DNA of 64,000 bases from Octopus vulgaris (GCA_951406725.2 OX597840.1:22940001-23004000); one strand, 5' to 3'; shown: positions 10,901-25,661, numbered from the stretch's first letter. The notes: generated from the letters alone by a model not told the origin. Numbers and translations are program-made.

Positions 10901-13900
10901 ATGGCTAAGCTGGGTTGTGTGAATGTACGTGGAATGGGGACGAAATGGAAACAAATTTGTTTCCTGAACGACCTCACGACACATGGAGTAGACATAGCTA
11001 TTGCAACCGAGTCCAAGATGAACGAGGCCCAAGCGTTCTCGCCTCTTCTAAATGGGTTCGAGAAATTTATTTCTCCTAGCCGAGGAAGAGGCAGAGGCGT
11101 GGCAGTCCTTATCAGGAAGAGCTTGGACTTGCAGGTAAGTACTGTCTTTCTGGACCCAGAAGGCAGGCTGGTTGTTCTGGATGTGACCCACGTAAGTAAA
11201 CAGTCCTTCAGGTTGGTAGTTGTCTACGCTCCGAACGAGGGTAGACAGACGGGTTTTTTTCGGAACCTGGAGCCCTTTTTAGCGACGTCGAAAACGGTAG
11301 TCTTAGTAGGGGACTTTAACACTGTCCTTGAAGCGCGGGTCGACAGTGTTGGCTCAACCAATAGGAAGGGGGAACCCTAGCCTCAAGGGTCTACTAGAGA
11401 GCTTTGATCTAGTGGACCGTTACCGACTGGATGAGCCGAGCGTTCCACAGTGGACGTGGAGTAACAACGACGGCTCACACAGATCGTATTTAGATAGGAT
11501 ATTTATTAAGAAAAGAGATAAGGATACGTTTAGTTGTCCACAGTTTCACATTGTGCCTTACACGGATCACAAATTTGTGACGTGTAGGATGCAATTAGAC
11601 AAGTGTCATAGACAGGGACCCGGGTACTGGAAGCTGAACAAGGCTATTTTGAATTGTGAAGACTTCCGTACCCGGATTAAGGTGTTAGTACAGAGGGCAT
11701 TGTGTGGCACCATCATTAACGATAGATGGTGGCACTCCCTCAAAAGAGCCATTCGTTCAGAGTCCATTAGATTTAGCAATCAGCTAAGGTCAGATAGGTC
11801 TAGGATAGAGGACGATTTAGTTAAGAATCTAAACGAGGCAATGGAAGCTGGCTCTGCATCCGGAGTGATGGCGGCAAGGACGGTATTGTACCGTCACCTT
11901 AACTCCAAACACGAAGGTTGCAGAGTCAGAGCTAAGCTACGCGCTGCCGGATGGGCCCGTCGAGTGGAGAGTCAGAGAGGTAACAAAGCCTCGATCAAGT
12001 CTTTAACTGACGAACAGGGACAAAAGATCTATGGACAGGAGGAGATGCAAAAGTTTCTTCACCAGCATTTCGCCCGCGTGTTCGGGGGTGGTGTGGGGCC
12101 GGAGCGGGGGAGGACCTTAAAGGACTTCCTGGCCGGCGGACCGCGGCTCTCGGGGCGTGAGGTGGAGTGCTGTGAAGAAGCGATCACTCCCGCGGAGATA
12201 GAGGGGATACTGGCCGGATGCGCCGGGGAGAAGTCGCCGGGGTTGGATGGGCTGCCCTACGAGTTTTACCAAAGTATGCCGGACTTGTTCGGGGGAATAT
12301 TGGCAGGCGTCTACACGAACTGGCAGCAGAATGGGAGAATTCCCAGTTCTGTAAGCCGGGGTGTGGTGACGCTAATCCAGAAAAAACCCGAGCAAGGGGG
12401 ATAACATTAGTAACTATAGGCCCATAACTCTACTTAATGTAGAGTTAAAGATTTTGGCCAAGGTGTTGGCAAAAAGGTTGACGGTTGTCGTGGAGAAACT
12501 TGTAGGGAGAGCACAGACATGTGCAATTCCAGGCAGGTCGATCCAGGACAATCTTCACCTTATACGCTACACCTTAGATAGGGTGGGTAAATTAACCGGC
12601 AAGGGCGGGGTAATGGTCCATTTAGACCAAAGTAAAGCGTTCGATAGGGTAGACCATGAGTACCTGGCGACGGTCCTCGAAGCGGCTGGACTGGGCCCTG
12701 AATTTCGCGGGTGGATCTCCGCTATGTATAGCGGCATCAAGTCCACCGTCCAGATAAACGGTTACCTAACGGAACCGTTTTCGATCGAACGTTCAGTTCG
12801 TCAAGGGTGCCCCTTGTCACCACTTTTGTACGTGTTGGCTCTTGAGCCATTGCTGCGAAAGTTGGAGAGGCTGGGAAGTAACTCGGATGAGATCGGAGGT
12901 GGGAGGACGGTTACTGCTTATGCGGATGACGTCACCCTATTCGTGTCCAATGAGGCCCACCTACCTTGTGTGGAAGAGGCTATCAGAGGATACGAGGCGG
13001 TGGCAGGAGCAAAGGTTAACAGGACAAGTCGGTTGGCTTGCGCCTCGGCACCTGGAGGAGCAAGTCGATATCGTCCAGTGTCGTGGGACACTGGACGGAT
13101 GGCCCTGTTAAGTTGCTAGGAGTTTGGTTTGGGCCAGACTCCCAAACGGAGAGGAACTGGAGTGAGGTGACGAGCAAGGTGGAGGCCATAGTACGGACCT
13201 GGTCCGGAAGGTTTCTGTCCTTGAAAGGAAGGGTGGAGGTGGTACAGATGTTCATTGCATCTGTAATCACTTACCGCCTGACCGTTGTCCCTTGCCCCGA
13301 TTCATGGCTTAGCAAGTTGGAGCGAATCCTTTTCCGCTTTTTGTGGAAGGGAGGAAAGCCACTTGTGAGGCGCTCCGTTTGCTGCCAGGAACCGTTAAAG
13401 GGTGGGTTAGGAATGCCTTGGTTGATGATGCGCAGACATGCGTTGAGGCTGAAGCATCTCTGGCACCACCTGGAGGATGATAAGGTGTGGAGTCCGCTGG
13501 CAGGGGAATTTTTCCCGAGACCGGCCTCCTTAGTGAATTTTAAACCCGGTCGCATCAAAAGATGGAAACTGACTTTATGGCAAAAGGAGTGCCGACAGGC
13601 ACTCACGCTGATCCACAAGGCGGGCAAGGCCGGCTGCGGAAATACCACCTCGGTATTTTATAGAAGGCTGGTAGAGGCAAAGAACGACGACGTCCTAGGA
13701 GGGGCTCTGGGGTTTGACGAAGACCAGCTTACCAACATGTTTAAAAAGACCTTCAGGACGGGGTATTTGGATAATTTCCAAAGATCCCTGGCCTGGCAGT
13801 GCTATAGGAATGCTTTACCTGTTCGCGAGAAGTTATCGCGGCACGGAATTTCAGTGCCACCGATGTGTCCAAGGTGCGAGTTGGACGATGAAACCGTCCA

Positions 13901-14267
13901 GCACGCTTTTGTACACTGTCGGAAGTTGTCCGACTTGATAAGTTACGCAGAACACGTGTTATCGCATCTGGGACGAGTACAGCTGTCGGCTGAGTCTATG
14001 ATTAAGATGATACCGCCAACTGGACTCTCGAAGGAAGGTGAGGCATGTTTTCACTGCACGGTTGCAGTAGTAAAAGAATGCATGTGGCGAACAAGAATGG
14101 AAGGAGTCGCGATAGGATCCTTTGTCTCGGGCCCCGGCTTGCTCACTTACTTCAGATATCATCTGAAGAGCAAAATGGGGCTGGAAAAGAGGATCTTACC
14201 ACGGGGTGTGTATGAGAAAAGATGGAAGGAAGTGGAAGAAAAGGTGGGTGTCAGAAACCCAGCTTAA
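10901..14267 (+). pseudogene. Tx1 ORF2 (APE + RT), three frameshifts
   Basis: ORF pieces 10901-11380, 11328-12404, 12454-13119 and 13038-14267 are collinear with, and highly similar to, the copy-1 ORF2; N-terminus LGCVNVRGM...IAIATESK is the APE start. Confidence 0.9.
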
Positions 14268-14524
14268 CTATGGAGGGAGGAGAGGAAACAAAAGCTGCGG
14301 GGCCTTATAAATTGCCGGGGTTTAAAACTTCGGTAAGATCGAAAGTTTATGAAATGTTATAATATTCTATTGGTCATGTAAAGGACAATTTACAGACGAA
14401 TTTTTATAATGAATAATCCAAATGTTATGGAAAATTTTTAATCGAACCTCTTAACTGTTTTTTGCATGTATGTCCAGTATTTGTCCTTCTATGTAACGAT
14501 TGTATAATCGTAATAAAGAAATTG

Positions 14525-14844
14525 GAGTTAGTTCCCTTTGTTGATCGTAAAAACTCTTCCTCATTAAGTGTATTTCTTGTTCTTGTTTCTCACGCACCTT
14601 CATTGTTTGATCAGTTCCACTTGACAACTGATATTTAAGAGAAAACCCAATCAAATATATACAAATGATTGGTAATTAAGTGTCCAAAGAAACAGATACA
14701 GCATTTACGATTATGTGGACCTGAAAAATATTAATTAACGTTTGTTGTAGAAACCTAGAAATTCTCTTGAAGCTGTCGTTGTCCACTCTGACTCCAGTTC
14801 TCACATCTTCCTCCTTCACTCTTTCTCTCCATATCTATTACTAT
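14525..14844 (+). promoter_or_regulatory. ZNF-unit head motif + non-coding exon 1 of the 17.2k gene (donor GTAAGT 14845; acceptor AG 16731-16732)
   Basis: Conserved among units; ACTAT|GTAAGT donor and TTCTATTCTTTCAG acceptor recur in the paralogs. Confidence 0.6.
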
Positions 14845-15362
14845 GTAAGTATTTATTTAAACATTTCTATTATATATGTGTCGTATTATGTACATTTATT
14901 TGTTTCGATGTGTTGAGAAAGTTAAAAGGAAAAAAAATCTCACTAAAACGAAATTATACGAAAGGCTGTAATTTTAATACTTTCATTGTGTTGTCGTTTT
15001 CTTTTAGACATTTCATTGCACTTTTGGTTATTTTCTAAATTATTTGTAAAAACGTCGGATCAATCCCTTGTTTAGATAACATTTATCTTTCTTTCTAACG
15101 TAAATTCGACAATTTCGTTAAATGCGGGAAAATTACGATGTAATTAGTAAGAAATGGGGAATGTATAAAAATACGAGTGTGCACTTGAAATACTGAAACG
15201 AAAAGTAAATATCGTATCGAGAGGAAATGGCTTTTATTTGAGACATAGGAAGTCTTTATTTCTGGTGGTTCTTCTGCATCATTACAACTTACAATTAATA
15301 TCTGGGGTTTGTTTTGTTTTTTCCGGAATTTTCAGAAAATCTTTGCAAATACGTATTCGCAT

Positions 15363-15778
15363 TATACGCATTGCGAAGAAAGAAAAGGATAACTTGCATA
15401 ATTAATTGAAAACAACATTAATAAAAGTGTGCAATTCTGCTTTAAACATTATATAGCTCCTTAAAAGTTTTTTCGCATTTTCGTGTGGAATTATCGGAAA
15501 ATTTTTCCAAATTTGTGACCTATATTATGAAAAAAATTGTTTTTTTCAATTTTTCCCATTTTTTAAAAAGGTTCTACAGTGGCAATTTTTTAAAAAATGG
15601 GAAACAATTTTTTCATAATGTAGGTCACAAATTTGGAGAATTTTCCGAAAATTCCACAGAAAAATGGGAAAAGAAATTTAAGGAACTATATAATGTTTAA
15701 AGCAGAATTGCACCCTTTTTAAATGTTATTTTCAATTAATTATGCAAGTTATCCTTTTCTTTCTTCGTAATGCGTATA
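15363..15778. repeat. Imperfect palindrome (~200-bp arms) in ZNF intron
   Basis: TATACGCATTGCGAAGAAAGAAAAGGATAACTTGC... vs ...GCAAGTTATCCTTTTCTTTCTTCGTAATGCGTATA. Confidence 0.85.
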
Positions 15779-16483
15779 TATTTAATATGAATATATTTTT
15801 CACTCATCCAGATAAACAATATTTCGTTTTGAAGCAACAAGGAAGAGAAACATTAATTATAATGTGTAAGAATTTATAATTAAAAGGAAAAAACAAGAAT
15901 GGTTAAATTTTAATACTATCTGCATAACAATGAAAAGAAATTATAGTTTTTCCGTAAAATAAGGATAGACTTCATTGAAGCCTCTGCCATTTGCCCCATG
16001 GAGAAGGATTGTCACCAATTTCATCAACCAACAATTTTTCTTAACATCAAAAATTCCCCACAAGAGATTTTGATGCTGCAAGTCAGACATCAATATTATT
16101 TACTGACTTTTATGCATCTTTTATGCTCAACAAAATGTTAACATTAAGCTAACCACATATATATATTTGTATATTTACGCATATACAGAAAGAGGCAGAG
16201 GAGGAGTGATGTCTATGTTATAAAACAAACCTGTGTTGATACAATAGAACACTGAGGTGAAAACATCAGATATCTACTGTCATTGACATGTATATTGGTG
16301 TGTGTGTGTGTCTAGGACAGACACAAAGTCCAGGAGGTGTTATTACGATGGATGTGTCTGTGATATAAACCTCTTGAAAATAGAGAGATGGGATAAATTT
16401 AATTGTTCAGATAAAGGATCAATTCTACAATTTATGAAAAGAGAAATGTTGTAAATTTGCACTTTTGAATATCTGCCTTTTAA

Positions 16484-16688
16484 CCCTTTAGTGTTTAAAC
16501 CGGCCATTCTACATGTTTTATATTTGAACTAACCATATCTAGCCTCTCACACCCAACCTACATTGACATTCTAAAAATAAACATTCACATCATTGAAACC
16601 TCAAAGCTATAAGATAATGCATGATTAATTCAAAACAATTTGAGTGAAAAAGTATTACATTTAACAGAGTAATCTGAACATGAAAGGG
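16484..16688. mobile_element. piggyBac-type MITE in ZNF intron
   Basis: TTAA|CCCTTT...AAAGGG|TTAA; paralogs show the empty site GCCTTTTAAACAT (e.g. near 40240, 54415). Confidence 0.85.
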
Positions 16689-17135
16689 TTAAACATGCTT
16701 TATGTCTTATATTATTATTTCTATTCTTTCAGAAAAATCACATGAAATTGGCTAAAAAGTATTTTTTACTTTTAAAGAATCATCAATATGTATCATGTTT
16801 GAAAGACTTTGCAAAGATATTCTACAAACGTATAATCCTGCTTCTATAAAACATTGCTGAATTACAGTAAAATATTTCCTCTGAGAGAGAAAGCATTTCT
16901 TTACTTCTGTGTCTGAAATGTGCAGAAGATAATCTTCTCTTTTACATATACTTTGATAGATTTCCAAAGAGTATTTGCGACATTTTTAAATATTGGCATT
17001 GATCACGTTCAGAAGAAATATAAGAGAAGTGATATTGGTTTGGAATAAACTATAAAAGCAAAAAGAAGCAAAATATCCATATATTTTGGTGAGAGAAGAA
17101 ATATTATTGAAAAGTTGTTGATCTGTACAACTTGA

Positions 17136-17948
<813 letters not shown>

Positions 17949-19324
17949 CACAGTGACATTGGTTGTAGAACATTCCTTCAGAAGGACAAGTTTGTATCTC
18001 ATAAAACCCTCTACACAAGATAGAAACTATATCAATGTGATATCAATGGTAAGCCTTTCATTTGAAATGATCCATTAACAAATCAAAAGAGCATTGACAG
18101 AGGAAGGAAAACATATCACTGTGATAGCAGTGCTTAATCATTCTATCAAAATGGAGAATTCTACACAGTCATATTAATATGAAAGATAAAACCATACCCT
18201 AAGGCATTTGTGCTAAGTCAATCTATGAAAATGATCAATTATTAAAACATAACTGCATTCATACAGAAGAGGAACCATATCACTACAATGATGATAATCA
18301 TCATCATTTAAAATTCACTTTTCCATGCTTCAATGGATCAGATGGAATTCATTGATGGAGATTTTCCTGAGCTGGGTACCCTTTCTTGTCACCAATCCTC
18401 ACCTGTTTCCAAGCAAGGAAATATTTTTCCTGGTGAGACATAATTTACGCAGAGGACTGGAAATGAAGAACTGCAGAAGTATGACGGACATCACATAATG
18501 TCTGGACAAAGATACACTCACTTGTGCATACACACACACACTCACACACGTGTATATATGTATATATAAAGAATTTCTTATAGGAGATATTTTACATGTT
18601 TTCTCTTTGTCTAAAGTTTGTAATTCCTATTAGGTAATGAAACACATGTAATGCTGAATAAATAATATCAAACTGTTTTCCAGTCTCCTTATGTGATATG
18701 TAATTACTCTGCAAAGAATATTATCCAAACCTCAGACAAAAATGATATTTATGTATATATATAAGAACCAGCTTGTTTGTACAGCTGTTATGCTTTCATT
18801 AGATTAGTGGAATAAATGAGGGGTGGGGACAGAAGTGGAGAAAAGGGAGGGAGAAATAGAGTAAGGTGATCTTATAATAATTCTGCTTCTCATTCTGTTA
18901 CTTAGCTCGTCAGTAACACTTTCATGTTATTAGAGAAAAGGGGGGTAGAGAGAGAAAAGATGATAAGACAAAGAGTGAGGCAAATAGAGAAAGAAAGAAA
19001 AGGGAGAGACAAAAAGACTAAGAAAGAAGCAAGCATGACATGTGATGGGGGGAATGTAATAGTTATTTTATGGTTAAAAAAGCTAGCTGAAGGTAGTGAT
19101 ATAGAGAAGAGTTAGAAATATAATCTTAGCAGAGGGGTGATGTTCTGATGTTGATATTAAATAAAGGCACAGAGAGAGAGAGATGATGGTGGTGGTGGTG
19201 TGTTGATAGTGAAAAGGAATTTCTTTTTTTTATTGAGACCATAACTCAACACTTGCACTTCTGTGCAATTATTTATCGTCTTCTCATTTAAGAGATTGAT
19301 ATTTGTTTCTAAGGATTAATTTAG

Positions 19325-19935
<611 letters not shown>

Positions 19936-20634
19936 CATGTTACTGTCTCAATGTCAACATTTATTAAGTCATAACAATAATTAACACTATTTGGTCTGCT
20001 AAAACACAGGCTTTTTCCTTTCATCAGTTATAGGAATTTCTTAATAAAGAATAATGAATAAGATATTTATTTTGTGCTTGTTTTTTTTGCTCTATATCAG
20101 GACCCTGTTCCCTTTCTACCTGAAACCTGTCAACTGGCTCAATGTGATGTTCCTTCAATACTACCTTCCTCCCTGCCAGTTTTGAGCTAGTTTGTCTTGC
20201 AGGGTCCTGTCGGTTTTGTTGTCACATAAAAAAGAGAAAATAACACCCAGTGCACTCTGTTGAAGGGTTGACATTAGGAAATGCATTCTGCAGTTGAAGG
20301 TTTAGTGACAGGATGTTGTCTGTTTTAGACGCAGCAAATGATTTTAGCTCAATAGAGGGCATAGGATTGGTTAAACTTACAAATTGCAATTTTCTCAAGA
20401 AAGCCAAGAGAAAAAAAAAGTTTTATTTTGACACATTGAACCAGTATACGAAGTTTAAAAGTGTTTAGTTAACTAGAAATTGTGTTGAAAACTGCTGTTC
20501 AAAAGGAAAAGATCCCATTTTAGTAATTCTTTGTACTGTTATGTCGTTTTTTATGTTCGATCTCAGGATCATAATAAAGATTTTATCACTGTGAGATTTT
20601 CTATTTAGCATTTTAGCTAAACAGAAATATATTC

Positions 20635-20720
20635 TTACAGGAGAGAAGATATATCAGTGCGAGATCTGTGGCAAATCATTCCCTCAAATGAGCGCCTTAA
20701 CACACAATACAGATATTAAT
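20635..20720 (+). pseudogene. Single C2H2 finger relic
   Basis: TGEKIYQCEICGKSFPQMSALT. Confidence 0.6.
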
Positions 20721-20799
20721 AGAATAAAACTGAGGGGGATACTGGAGGGAATCCCACCAATCAGTAGAGCCGTCTAGGTGAGAATTAGAGAACTACTAT

Positions 20800-21004
20800 G
20801 AAACGAAGGGAAATAACTTCTATAATAGTTCATTCCGGCCGTCGATCAGTCGGCCACGAAACGGCGCGCTTTCACTCTTGATGACGTCATACACTTACTG
20901 GCTTCCCGTGTGTGCAAGGTGCTTTGAAATTAACATCATTATTATTAATTAGACTAATTAGTTATCGGTCTGTGATTTGCAGTTTTTGTCTGAATACAGT
21001 AAGT
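20800..21004 (+). promoter_or_regulatory. Candidate promoter/first exon of another transcript
   Basis: CpG-rich patch, AAGGGAAATAACTT motif near 20806, CRE palindrome TGACGTCA 20883-20890, donor-like GTAAGT 20999-21004. Confidence 0.35.
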
Positions 21005-21805
21005 TTACTGATGATAATAATACTACTAATAACAATGTAATTAATAGAATTCTGTGAACTTCTCGGTGTCACAGTAATTATTTCGAAGCGAAAACATAAA
21101 AAGTTTAGGAAAAATATATTTCCTCGTCTTAAATAATAACTTCCAAACTGAAATGTTGGTTTGTTGTTTCTGAAAACCTATCATCGGCTGTTAGATGTGA
21201 TATAGAGGAAATTTATTTGTAAAATGAGAAGAAAACGTTGTGATTAATGAGTAAAATGAACGGAGAACCGGCATAACTACAGATTCATGCCCCACCACTT
21301 TGGATGATCGTAACTTTAATTAAATATTCTACGAATATTTGTTATAGTATGTAGATTCCAAATATACAAAACTTTTGTAGGAAAGTGCTTTTGGTGTGAG
21401 GAGTTTCGGGAAATTCAGCGGTGTCAACTTCAATTCTTCTTAACTTTCAAGAAAATAGATGTTATATTTTTAAATGAAATTTTCTACAAATATACCTCGG
21501 ACGATATAGATTCCGAGAAGGTAGGAATTTTGTGGGAAAACAATTCGGGGGTTACTTTTGAGGACCGTTCATTTATTTATTTTCTAAAGTATTCCTTCTT
21601 TCTTGCAACCTCTTCACTGGTTCTTGACCATGTCCATTATTGGAGCTGTTTCTTTTTGTTTGTTGCTGTGCGTGTGTCTATGCGGCAGCTTGCATAAATA
21701 TACGCGTATGTATATATATGTATTTATGTTCATACATACATATATATATATATATACTATATATATATATATATTTATGCTTATACATACATAGATATAT
21801 ATATA

Positions 21806-21843
<38 letters not shown>

Positions 21844-22084
21844 GTATGTATATATATGTATTTATGCATATACATACATATATATATGTATAGTATATAT
21901 ATATATATACAAAATATATATATGTATATACAATATATATATATATATATATTAATAAAAGGAATTCCAACCTTGTCTGATTTTCACGTTTTATTTACAA
22001 TCTTATAATGATATATTATAAGGTAATATATTATAATTGAAAAAAATAAAATGAAATAGTAGCATGTTAAATGTTCATTCTGAT

Positions 22085-22129
22085 TGAACTAGTACTTTCA
22101 TGCATTGAATTCTGCAATCTTCGGGTTCA
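22085..22129 (-). ncRNA. Minimal type I hammerhead ribozyme, one core substitution
   Basis: TGAAC-CCGAAGA-TTGCA gaattcaa TGCAT-GAAA-GTAC-TA-GTTCA: 5-bp stem I, stem II, palindromic stem III AGTACT. Confidence 0.65.
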
Positions 22130-23735
22130 TGTAGTAGTGTTGACAGTCATGCTTCACAATTTTTGACTGTAGCAAGATGATTGATTCTGTGCTATAAATA
22201 CAGCTGGGTAGGATCCAGAGTGCTAGGTTTTGCAAACTGTATTCTGACCAATCAGTGTGTAGTATCACTCAATTACTTAAGCTGATTGGTTTAGACATCA
22301 CGCTTTGTTGGACATGTCAAGAGTCCTGTATCTTGACCCTGGCCAAAGCAGCAATTGTTGGGTTATTTTTAGAAATGTTGTAAATATCCTTTGTCAGAGA
22401 TTTTTATATTTTTCTATTTCAATTGTCATCATCATCATTGTCAGCACCTTAATTATTGTTGCTAGTGGTGATGGTGGTGGCAATAGAACTTCTAACCCTA
22501 AATAAGATAATTTTCCTGCTATCTTCAGCTTGATCACCTTTAGTATTGTTGTTGTTGTTAGTGGTCATGGTCGTAGCAGTGGAAGTAATAACTCTAAGTA
22601 TTATTATTATTGCTTATTTAGCTTGGGTTCGAATTTATCAATAAAATTCTTTTCTCTGATTCTCCTCTCGATTTCACTTGGGCTGTGTAATTTGTAGAAC
22701 GGAAATATTATATACATTTTCCGGCCACATGTTGCTAGGTTACTCAAGGGTATCTGACGGACCTCTGGGTCTCTAATCTGTTGCCGGTGTACACGTGAGC
22801 GTTCTAATAGTGCGTTTCCCGTCTGACCTACATATATTTCTTCTCAATTTGGGCATTTGATGCAGTAAATTAAATTTCTGCTTTTGCAGTTCATATTCGC
22901 GTTTGTGAATATTTTCCCGGTTTTTGTGTTTATATATTGACCGGTATGTATGAATTGGCATGTGCCACATCGGCTATCATTGCGTGAATGTTTGGTCTTT
23001 GTTGCTAAGGTCAAATTTTGCCTTTGTTAGTAATGTTTTCAAGTTTTTAGGCTGTCTTTTACTAAGCACCATAGCTCGATCCGTGATTATGTCTTTTAAT
23101 TCATTACTTTGGGCAATGATTGGTAGGTTTGCTTTGGCAATGTTGAAGATATTCTGGTGACATGGGTTGTGTGTCACTATGAATGGTATGACTTGTTCTT
23201 GTTTGCCTCTTCCTTGGGTTGTCCTAAGTTGTTGTATGGGTATTTTTATAGCCCGCTGTATGCCATTTTCTATAAGTAGAGATGGGTATTTTTGTTTGAG
23301 CAAAAATTCTCTTAGTTCTATTAGGCGTTTGTTCCTGATATTTGCATCTTCTATAATGGTACAAATTCTTCTGGCTAGGCAGTATGGCATGTTGCGCTTT
23401 GTATGTGGTGGATGGCACGACTTAAAATTTAGGTATTGATGTGTGTCTGTGTGTTTATAGTATATATCTGTGGTGTTGGTGGTGTCTTTTTTAATTACCA
23501 TTATATCTAGGAATGGTAATTTGGTACTACTCATCTCCTTTGTAAATTGGAGAGATGGGTGTAGGTTGTTCAGGAGGATATTGAACTCTTCCAGAGTATT
23601 TAGAGATTCTGTCCAGATTATGAAGCAGTCGTCTAGGTATCTCTTCCATGCTTTTCAATATACTTTCTAAATCCAGTGCCATAGTTTACCTCCACCTCTT
23701 GGTAGAGTTGTTGTTCTAAGTATCCCATTACAGAG
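22085..23735 (-). mobile_element. Penelope-like element, 3' part (RT C-terminus, degenerate GIY-YIG region, pLTR)
   Basis: YLDDCFIIW...LHPSLQFTKE..LPFLDIMV...YYKHTDTHQYLNFKSCHPPHTK (ORF 22977-23534); hammerhead at the distal end. Confidence 0.85.
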
Positions 23736-23740
23736 TTGGC

Positions 23741-23787
<47 letters not shown>

Positions 23788-23829
23788 ATATATATATACT
23801 ATATATTTATATATATATATATGTATTTT

Positions 23830-23860
<31 letters not shown>

Positions 23861-23883
23861 CAAAAAATATAATACATGTATTT

Positions 23884-23926
<43 letters not shown>

Positions 23927-24299
23927 AAATATGTAAATATATATGTATAGTATATATATATATACTATATATATATATATATACTATACAAAACCTCGCA
24001 AAGCTAAGTATATATTTATATTTAAGATCTTTAAATTTTAAATAACTGACTGCTTATTGTGATCATTTGTCTTTTGGTTTCCTGTAGCTTTGCTCTCTTT
24101 TACAAACACAATGAACATACAGATATTTCCTATTTCAAAGAAATTCAAACAATACATATAAGACCAAGTTTAAAAGATTCTCACCAATTCAACTTCTCTG
24201 GTTGGCATTAAAACACCCACTCCCAATAGGGGCCTTAACTCCCACATTTTAGAGCTCCATGACATCCATTTTATAGGAGCAAAATCCTTTTAACAGGTT

Positions 24300-24522
24300 C
24301 CATAAGACTGGGATTTTGGATTCTGCATATAAAGATCAGTAGTATGGGATACATGTGTCATGATTAGAATTTTTTTAGGGTGTGTACAGAGGGAAAGAAC
24401 CCTCATCTGCAATTTTGATGAAATTTGAATCATAGATATTCCAGTTCATTAGAGAAAATATAACAGAAAAGTCTAATTCTTCAGTTGCATGTATCACAGG
24501 CAACGCCGGGTATCTCTGCTAG
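24300..24522 (+). mobile_element. Non-autonomous Helitron 3' end
   Basis: CAGGCAACGCCGGG hairpin remnant followed by CTAG|T; same terminus type as 5806-5834; 5' boundary approximate. Confidence 0.6.
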
Positions 24523-24793
24523 TAAAAGATATTTTCATTTAATAGTTTCACTTTAATACTGAAACTATTATCTCACATATATACAGGCATACCAACATAA
24601 ATACATACATATATATAATATATATATTATGCATATATATATATGTATACATCTGCACAAATTAACTTGTATATCGAGGCATTACTGTATATGCCTCCCG
24701 ACCTCCCTACATTCATACTTAATACATACATATATATATATACACACACACACACACAGCATACATCACGCATCCTCTTCCAAGTAAGTTTTG

Positions 24794-24851
<58 letters not shown>

Positions 24852-24971
24852 ATAGATATAGTAATTTTAATATTTCTAGTATTGAAAACAAGTGCATGTA
24901 TTCCACCGAAATTAGGTAAATAAAACCTTCGAACAGAGACGATCAGTGGCGACACCTGCTGGGTCTGACTA

Positions 24972-25016
24972 AGCTACATTGACAAAGGGCAAATACCCTG
25001 AAACGCATCTGTAGCT
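24972..25016 (+). ncRNA. Decayed minimal hammerhead ribozyme (Penelope pLTR relic)
   Basis: AGCTACA-TTGACAA-AGGG caaata CCCT-GAAA-CGCA-TC-TGTAGCT; 7-bp stem I intact, core CTGAnGA mutated. Confidence 0.55.
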
Positions 25017-25212
25017 GTCTGACTGGCAGTGTGAAGCAGCTGACCTCCCTTGTTCGAAGGTTATAATGGACACAGTTTGTGTGTCAAATAGCCAGCTTAA
25101 GGTGATGGCCTCATGGAGCTAGTCAGCGACAGCTTTAGTCTTATATCTATAAGACTGCCATATTAATATGGCGATAACAATATATATATATATATATGAA
25201 TGTATGTATGTA

Positions 25213-25246
<34 letters not shown>

Positions 25247-25267
25247 CAAGGGATCTGGGTTCAAGTC

Positions 25268-25413
25268 CCATGGCAGATTGTAGACAAATTCTTAAATGGC
25301 GGTGCCCCAGCATGGCCACAGCTCATGAGCTGAAATTAGATGGAATGAAATGAAATAAATATATATAAATAATTATGTATATATATATATATATACACAT
25401 TCAAGCATACACA

Positions 25414-25454
<41 letters not shown>

Positions 25455-25560
25455 TTATATATATATTTTTTTTTTCATTTCATTCCATCTAATTTCAGGT
25501 CATGAGCCATGGCCATGCTGGGGCACCGCCATTTAAAAATTTGTCAACAACAAGCCATGG
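25268..25560. repeat. Tail-to-tail inverted pair of SINE-like 3' ends
   Basis: CCATGG...AAATGGCGGTGCCCCAGCATGGCC...GAAATTAGATGGAATGAAATG at 25268-25357 and its reverse complement at 25473-25560. Confidence 0.75.
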
Positions 25561-25627
25561 TATATAATACAAACATATATATATATATAAATATATATAC
25601 ACACACACATATATATACACACACACG

Positions 25628-25661
<34 letters not shown>

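Larger units (their letters stand above)
9258..14523 (+). mobile_element. Tx1/L1-clade non-LTR retrotransposon copy 2, full length, frameshifted
   Basis: ~190-nt 5'UTR, ORF1, ORF2, 3'UTR ending AATAAAGAAAT; followed by target variant GAGTTAGTTCCCTTTG 14525-14540. Confidence 0.92.

Noticed and set aside
16752-16967. Recurrent 71-aa ORF MEIYQSI...KNTF (also 36566, 40306, 62470)
   Set aside because: Antisense to the ZNF 5'UTR, non-ATG start, absent from the ORF track for the 50k and 55k copies; recurrence is explained by recent duplication
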